Source of the DNA: a virus
Taxonomy: Duplodnaviria > Caudoviricetes
Virus record (IMG/VR): IMGVR_UViG_3300024259_000011
Direction: 5' to 3' (one strand)
Length of the DNA: 64,000 bases
The notes below the pieces were generated by a model. That model did no database searches. It saw only the letters and a program-made list of their open reading frames with translations, and was not told where the DNA came from. Both the position numbers and the translations under genes were made by a program. Positions 58,953 to 64,000 of this stretch are shown here, one piece after another. Numbering within the stretch: the first letter of the stretch is position 1; the number at the start of each line of letters is the position of its first letter.

Positions 58953-59759
58953 TTAATCTCTGCAGTCTCTATAGTGGTAGTTAAATGTTGTTAACTGATC
59001 GCCCCAAGCCTGCTCCAGTAGATGTACTTGGCGGAGCGTGTACTTGTCTTTATGCGTTTCTTCAACTGGGTTTATATTGCTTTCTTCTGCAGCAACGTTC
59101 CGATATGGAATCTCGTTCCTTTCGCACCAACTGGTAAAGTCTGTCTGTAGATATTCGGTTCTCAATATGTTTTCCATCTTAGGAATCAAAGTTCCGTCTT
59201 TCCTGTATAGCTGGGCAAATAAGTTCTGCTTAAGTGGCGGAATGTGCCAGTCCTTTCCCTCATCCAAATAATGCTCTACAAAATCATGAAATGTGGTTGT
59301 TCCCATAATCGCATTGCAGCCAAACCAGCCGCCGTGGTTATCAGTTGTTGCAACCCAATCGTCCATGTACTTTGGACGATACCGCCAATATGAATAAAAT
59401 AAATCAAATGGATTCCTGATAATCGTAACGTAGCCTATGTGGTCATTCTCTTCCGTATAGTCTGGGCTGAACTTAAGATGATATGGCATGTCCTCCAGAA
59501 ACGGCATATGAAAATATTTTGTAGCTTTGGGCTTCCATCCGTTGACTGTAAACCTATACGGAAATGAATGTCCTAGATTCTCTACTTTAGCCCCTAGGGG
59601 TTCAACCGAATCCGCCTTTGACACTACATGCTTTCCTAGATTGTCCATCAGATAGAGATATTCCATCTTTTCTGGGGGAGGCTTAAAAGCATCAAGTGAG
59701 TTCTTAAGCCAAGTCCCTCCCGTTTTGGGAACATGAATAAATAGCCATTTAGAAATCAT
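58953..59759 (-). CDS. Sulfotransferase (Sulfotransfer_2-like)
   Basis: 5'-PSB 'FIHVPKTGGTWLK' and 3'-PB-like 'IIRNPFD..YS'. True start is the ATG at 59759, overlapping the upstream stop. Confidence 0.8.
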   Translation of the reverse strand: MISKWLFIHVPKTGGTWLKNSLDAFKPPPEKMEYLYLMDNLGKHVVSKADSVEPLGAKVENLGHSFPYRFTVNGWKPKATKYFHMPFLEDMPYHLKFSPDYTEENDHIGYVTIIRNPFDLFYSYWRYRPKYMDDWVATTDNHGGWFGCNAIMGTTTFHDFVEHYLDEGKDWHIPPLKQNLFAQLYRKDGTLIPKMENILRTEYLQTDFTSWCERNEIPYRNVAAEESNINPVEETHKDKYTLRQVHLLEQAWGDQLTTFNYHYRDCRD

Positions 59760-61197
59760 AGTCGAACATCTCAATGTCTTCTTGATATCTCTCCGCAACT
59801 TTGGCACGGAGGTTGTCAGTATAGTAATCTTTGTAGGCGCCGGAGTTCGAGGAAACGTTAATGTTCCCAAGCTCGTTGTCAATATTGACGTTGGCACACA
59901 AATACGCCCATTCTTCTTCGATGTTCTCCAGCTTTCCAACATGGTTAACGAATACTTCACCGCGATGTGTGATGAATGTATGTTGTGACCTGAAATGGTC
60001 TTCCGCCAACTCATCTGGAATTGCGCAGACCGCATCTGCGAAATCAGAGAACGTCATGTCAGGCTGAAATAAGTCTCCGTAGTTTTTTACCAAAGCGCGG
60101 TGGACGCCATTCTCATAAAAATCGTTTGTATCTCCAGACGCAAGAATCTTATTCTTATAGCAAGAGACAAGTCGATCCCATGGATTGCGAACTATTGCGA
60201 ACTTTAGATAATCCCACACACGGTCTGTAGCCATCAAATGCTTAGATGCGATTGGCCAATTGGCAGCGTGCATCGCCTCAAAAGAGTGTAAGTCGTTAAA
60301 TACATCCTCTTTAGCTTCGGTGCTGATATTCACTTCTACGTCGAACTTGGTCGCCAGCGCCATTTTAAGACTGCTGCATGCGACCTTTGGAATGAAAGTA
60401 TACACAAACCGATTTGCCTCTGAGACAATGCAGGTCGATGGGTATTGCCCATGTTCCTGCGGGAGTGTTGCATAAGGACGCTTGGCACGAATCTCATTCT
60501 CCGTTCGGATCTGCAACTCGTTATCAATCTTATGATCGTTTAGCGGGTTTGACATATTGTAAACGTATAAAGGTTCAGTTACGTGAGTGCTCTTTGCTCC
60601 AGCCATCTCCAGCATTGGGAACATGAAAGCTAAGTCCCATGCCATGCGGTAAAAGTTGCCATCAGTGTCCTTAAGATCTGCAGGGTCAATGCGCTTCCAC
60701 AGGTCGTGCTTAAACGTACGCAAGTGAGAAGCCTGCCACGGGGATCTTCTTAAGACACTATTAGCTACCCATTCGTTAGGGATTTGCTTCGCAAACTTAC
60801 CCTTCATCCCAGATGGATATTCGGCGTAGCTACCGTAAGTCATTCTGCAATCTGAGTTCTTATAGATTTGGTCTAAAGCATACAATACGTCTCTGCGAGA
60901 CAGCCAGTCATCACCGTCAAGGGTTACAATAACGTCTTCCGGGGAGGGGTCTGCGATCTTAATGCCATCGTAAATATTCTTAAGAGCATATGCTTTTTCT
61001 TGCACCTCAATAAATATAAAGCGAGGGTCATCACCGATCTCTTCGCGTACAATCTTTGCTGTACCATCTGTTGACATGTCATCCAATAGGATACATTGGA
61101 AATCTTTATAGTCCTGCGCCTTGACCGAACGAATACAAACTTTAATCCACTTCTCTACGTTGTAAAACGGAACAATGATTTTAAAATGGTTACCCAT
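59749..61197 (-). CDS. GT2 glycosyltransferase / Sulfotransfer_2 fusion
   Basis: N-terminal 'IIVPFYN...DDMSTD...LDGDDWL'. C-terminal 'FIPKVACSSLK...IVRNPWDRLVSCY...HFRSQ...GKLE'. Confidence 0.88.
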   Translation of the reverse strand: MGNHFKIIVPFYNVEKWIKVCIRSVKAQDYKDFQCILLDDMSTDGTAKIVREEIGDDPRFIFIEVQEKAYALKNIYDGIKIADPSPEDVIVTLDGDDWLSRRDVLYALDQIYKNSDCRMTYGSYAEYPSGMKGKFAKQIPNEWVANSVLRRSPWQASHLRTFKHDLWKRIDPADLKDTDGNFYRMAWDLAFMFPMLEMAGAKSTHVTEPLYVYNMSNPLNDHKIDNELQIRTENEIRAKRPYATLPQEHGQYPSTCIVSEANRFVYTFIPKVACSSLKMALATKFDVEVNISTEAKEDVFNDLHSFEAMHAANWPIASKHLMATDRVWDYLKFAIVRNPWDRLVSCYKNKILASGDTNDFYENGVHRALVKNYGDLFQPDMTFSDFADAVCAIPDELAEDHFRSQHTFITHRGEVFVNHVGKLENIEEEWAYLCANVNIDNELGNINVSSNSGAYKDYYTDNLRAKVAERYQEDIEMFDYDF

Positions 61198-62041
61198 TTA
61201 ATATCCCCTTCACGATCTGCGGAATCTCTTCTCGTTTCTGATGCATTACCTCAATAAGTTCTGTGCCCTTGAGCCCAAACCACTTTTCTTTAGTGGCGCC
61301 AACATTCTGATTTGTAATAACTGTCATACCCATCATCCTAGCTTCAACTGCGATGCGGGAAAGTGTCTCTGGTGTCTGTGGGAAGAACACAATTCTTTTA
61401 TAGCTTCCGAGCCTTTGCAGGAACTCATGATAATCACAAGGAGCGATCAGTTCATATTTTAGTTGCTTCATCCTGCAGTAGCGTACGGCTCCAACAGTAT
61501 TCTTGTGCCAGTTGTCAGTCTGCATAATCGCACAGGTGTCCACCTTCTCTTGACTTGACAAGTCTTTCATGAGGGACAGGCTTTCTGGCGACCAAAGGTT
61601 GCCGCCCAAACTCTTGATGGTTTCCAACCCTAAGTTCTTCCGTACGATATCCGCGTGGAAATCTGATTGGCACAATACTGCTGCAGCATTCTTATAAAGC
61701 TCATAGTGAACAATATCCGACCGGGGTACCTGATAATCTGGGTACTCTGCTGGGTTACGATTACGCACGTATTTATGATCGTGCTCGTAAATAATGTACT
61801 TCGCTTTTTCAACCAGCTTTTTATAACTTTGATATGGTAGTTGAAGAAAGTTAGAAACAATATAATAGTCTACCAGTCCATACTCGATGGCAACAGGGTC
61901 TAAGTTTCTACTCTTGACTTTCATGATATGAAAATCGGCAGAAAGAAGCTTAATAAGTTCATCGTTATTCACTTCTCCTCCGCCGCTGATCTCGTCAGCA
62001 AAGAAATCAGCTACAAATGCTATTGTTGGCTTTCTGCTCAT
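61190..62041 (-). CDS. GT-B fold (GT4-like) glycosyltransferase
   Basis: 'GGGEVNN', 'YEHDHK', 'VLCQS..H', 'ETLSRIAVEARMMG'. Confidence 0.7.
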   Translation of the reverse strand: MSRKPTIAFVADFFADEISGGGEVNNDELIKLLSADFHIMKVKSRNLDPVAIEYGLVDYYIVSNFLQLPYQSYKKLVEKAKYIIYEHDHKYVRNRNPAEYPDYQVPRSDIVHYELYKNAAAVLCQSDFHADIVRKNLGLETIKSLGGNLWSPESLSLMKDLSSQEKVDTCAIMQTDNWHKNTVGAVRYCRMKQLKYELIAPCDYHEFLQRLGSYKRIVFFPQTPETLSRIAVEARMMGMTVITNQNVGATKEKWFGLKGTELIEVMHQKREEIPQIVKGILNG

Positions 62042-62270
62042 TCATTCTTTCCTTAAAATCTTCTTTGTCCTCTACATGCCCTTCTTCAAACCACATAACA
62101 TCGCCATGCTTGTTTCGCAGGACGCCATAAGTTATATGGTCGGAATAAACGTGATGCTGACGAACTTCAGTTACAACGCCGAAGCCGGCATCGCGACCCA
62201 TGATACCTTCTGCATATGCTTCGTACCATCGGACAAACTGTCCAACTTCGTATTTATTCGTGCTCTTCAA
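62007..62270 (-). CDS. Small hypothetical protein (SH3/KOW-like beta barrel)
   Basis: TTG start at 62270 with a GGAGG RBS. 'YEVGQFVRW...GFGVVTEV...YGVL...WFEE'. Has a 35-nt 3' overlap with the next gene. Confidence 0.5.
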   Translation of the reverse strand: MKSTNKYEVGQFVRWYEAYAEGIMGRDAGFGVVTEVRQHHVYSDHITYGVLRNKHGDVMWFEEGHVEDKEDFKERMNEQKANNSICS

Positions 62271-63534
62271 CGCCAGCCTCCAACTCAGTAAGCCATGCAT
62301 CGATGTCTAACTTCTGATCGCCGGCGAATGCCTCGCAAAACTCTGCATACTTTTGTTCAGCAGTAAAGTTGGCAAGTAGGTGCTTCTTGAGTCGAGTTGC
62401 CTGTCCCTTATAACGGGAGGAGTCTTTATACAGTGCCCGCATTTGCTTCTTCGCGCTGTCTTCCGTTGGCTCACACCACTGTGAACCTTTCACCAATACC
62501 CCTTCCCACACTACATCGTCGGGAATGTCAACCATGGTGTGTTCCACCTTAAGAAAGTGAGGTCGAAGCTTGTCGCTTTTCTTGCTGTTGCTGGGGGCAA
62601 ACAAAAAGTCCATCTGCCCACTCCACGCAGGAGCGATAACTGGAAGACCTTCGTATGCTGCCTCAAATAGCGGAAGCCCGAAACCCTCTCCGTGTGTCAA
62701 AGTGACGAGGGCATTGATCTGAGGGTGTCGATATAGAGTATGCATTTCTGCCTCAGACATGTGACCATGAACCAAGTGAATCTTGCACTTCCTATTCGGG
62801 AACTGACTCAGCGCTTCAGCCAATTGCTTCTTAACAAAGTCGCGGTCCATGTTGGAGGCATTCATATGGAAGACCTTAAGCACCAGCCCAGCATCCTCGT
62901 TGTCATTAAACTCTTCGATGAACCATTTCATCATATTAGGTACATTCTTGCGCGGACCCCACTGGGCTACGCACAGAAGGTTAAAATCTGTGCTGAACTC
63001 CAGTCCGAGATCAACTGATTCAAAACTCTTAACCGGATAGTTGACAGCAGTGACTGGGACTTGAACGCTAGCGACACCAATCTTTTCATTGGTCTGGCGA
63101 TCCATGATTGTGTATTCCGTACCTTCGTATACTTCCTTGGCATGGTTTGAGACCACAATAATGCGGTCCATATCTCGGGACTTCTCGATCCATTGAGGGG
63201 CGACCCGGGTTGTTTCAATCCCAGCGGTGTACCCGACATTGACCGGTGCGATCTTCTGCCACTCATTGGGAATGGTTACCTGCAAAGATATATCATACTC
63301 TCCGTTTTGTTGGTTGTGCTGTACCGTCTTATGCAGAATATTGTCCAGCCATTCTCGCTCTTCGTTGTCTTCATGAATCCAGCCGGTCTGACCCCAGCTA
63401 GTAGTATTCAAGTAGATATCGTATTGGTCTTCTTGTGATCGCAGAGAGCGTAAAGCAAATCGAGTTTGCTCTCCGTATCCGGACAATGTTAATGCCGGTC
63501 CAACGACTATCACCTTTGGTCTGTTATCACTCAT
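62254..63534 (-). CDS. GT4 (glycosyltransferase group 1) protein
   Basis: 'LSGYGEQTR', 'RKN', 'HGEGFGLPLFEAA...PVIA..WSG..DF'. Start at 63534 (ATGA overlap). Confidence 0.88.
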   Translation of the reverse strand: MSDNRPKVIVVGPALTLSGYGEQTRFALRSLRSQEDQYDIYLNTTSWGQTGWIHEDNEEREWLDNILHKTVQHNQQNGEYDISLQVTIPNEWQKIAPVNVGYTAGIETTRVAPQWIEKSRDMDRIIVVSNHAKEVYEGTEYTIMDRQTNEKIGVASVQVPVTAVNYPVKSFESVDLGLEFSTDFNLLCVAQWGPRKNVPNMMKWFIEEFNDNEDAGLVLKVFHMNASNMDRDFVKKQLAEALSQFPNRKCKIHLVHGHMSEAEMHTLYRHPQINALVTLTHGEGFGLPLFEAAYEGLPVIAPAWSGQMDFLFAPSNSKKSDKLRPHFLKVEHTMVDIPDDVVWEGVLVKGSQWCEPTEDSAKKQMRALYKDSSRYKGQATRLKKHLLANFTAEQKYAEFCEAFAGDQKLDIDAWLTELEAGVEEHE

Positions 63535-64000
63535 AGCTCTGTATGCTCCCATCCTTTATAGTTTTTGCGACCGTCTGGGTGGTTCCAAGAACCATAGTGT
63601 TCATATGCTTCTTCTAACAGGCTAACCCAGCGGTCAGTATATACCTGAAAGTTATAGTTATTGAGCGTGTGCTCTCGACCGGCTAGCCCCAACTTGGAGC
63701 GGTCTGCCGAAGACATCTCATATACCTTCTTAAGAGCCGAAACAAGCTGCTGAGAACCAATCCTGTCTTCGTAGATATAAGGTACGTCTTGGGAGCCAAT
63801 AACTGCCTTTGAAGAGGGCTCAAGCCCGATGCCAAACCAGTTTGTCCCGTCTGTAACCTGCTCCTGCAAGCCGCCGGTCATGGTGACAATGATAGGAGTA
63901 CCACAAGAAAGTGATTCCAGTGTTGCCAAGCCAAAGCCTTCTGCGTCACTAATGTTAACCGTGCAATCAGCAGCGTTATACATCATAGCTAAACGATCCG
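63531..64000 (-). CDS. GT4 glycosyltransferase; C-terminal part only, starts beyond the right edge
   Basis: 'YNAADCTVNISDAEGFGLATLESLSCGTPII'. The frame is open to base 64000. Confidence 0.88.
   Translation of the reverse strand, partial: DRLAMMYNAADCTVNISDAEGFGLATLESLSCGTPIIVTMTGGLQEQVTDGTNWFGIGLEPSSKAVIGSQDVPYIYEDRIGSQQLVSALKKVYEMSSADRSKLGLAGREHTLNNYNFQVYTDRWVSLLEEAYEHYGSWNHPDGRKNYKGWEHTEL

Noticed and set aside
59760-60035. 5' extension of the sulfotransferase ORF given in the track (360 aa)
   Set aside because: It lies wholly within the upstream GT2/sulfotransferase gene in another frame. The ATG at 59759 fits the local overlap pattern and immediately precedes the PSB motif.
1-64000. 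CRISPR array, tRNA/rRNA, integrase/transposase, DGR template-variable repeats, inteins, introns
   Set aside because: I saw no spaced direct repeats, long near-identical repeat pairs, RT or recombinase motifs, or HINT termini. The gaps are too short (105 nt or less) for most RNA genes. This was by eye only, so tRNAscan, Infernal and self-BLAST would be decisive.
1-64000. Stop-codon reassignment
   Set aside because: TAA (709), TAG (1345) and TGA (3635, 40448) all end genes at natural boundaries, and coding density is near complete in code 11.
47245-64000. Giant eukaryotic virus (NCLDV) or bacterial O-antigen locus as the source
   Set aside because: The cluster is contiguous with gp25/gp6/spike/sigma genes, uses Shine-Dalgarno sites, shares the same motif avoidance and shows no flippase or polymerase genes.
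1-64000. CCGG/GCCGGC abundance as an independent functional repeat
   Set aside because: It is largely explained by Gly-rich proteins and by Pro-Gly being forced to CCS-GGN once CCWGG is avoided.

Overview
A 64-kb fragment of a large, contractile-tailed (myovirus-like, probably jumbo) dsDNA phage genome. All real genes lie on the minus strand, are tightly packed with ATGA/TAATG overlaps and use standard code 11. Bases 1-45.4 kb form a baseplate/tail module: gp25- and gp6-like wedge genes, a DNRLRE-like protein, a 5456-aa gp7/P2-gpI-like LamG protein, a 2927-aa SH3b protein, a spike apparently split into a multi-enzyme cell-wall hydrolase plus an HxH tip protein, and an embedded J-domain co-chaperone. 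Bases 45.4-47.2 kb hold a gp55-like sigma factor and small genes. Bases 47.2-64 kb are a run of about 21 glycan-synthesis genes (Gmd, perosamine-synthase-like aminotransferase, many glycosyltransferases, two sulfotransferase domains, a methyltransferase, a 2OG-Fe oxygenase, a HAD/nucleotidyltransferase/phosphodiesterase set) that continues past the window end. The strongest non-obvious signals are: (i) a strong [S/T]-G-S motif enrichment restricted to certain baseplate proteins, beside the glycosylation/sulfation cluster, which suggests a sequon-directed virion glycosylation system (inference); (ii) by manual reading, no CCWGG at all, and GGCC only 7 times, always as TGGCCA at Trp-Pro codons; (iii) a four-copy domain inserted at separate places in the giant protein. 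All domain calls come from motif recognition by eye and all counts are manual. No database search was run.
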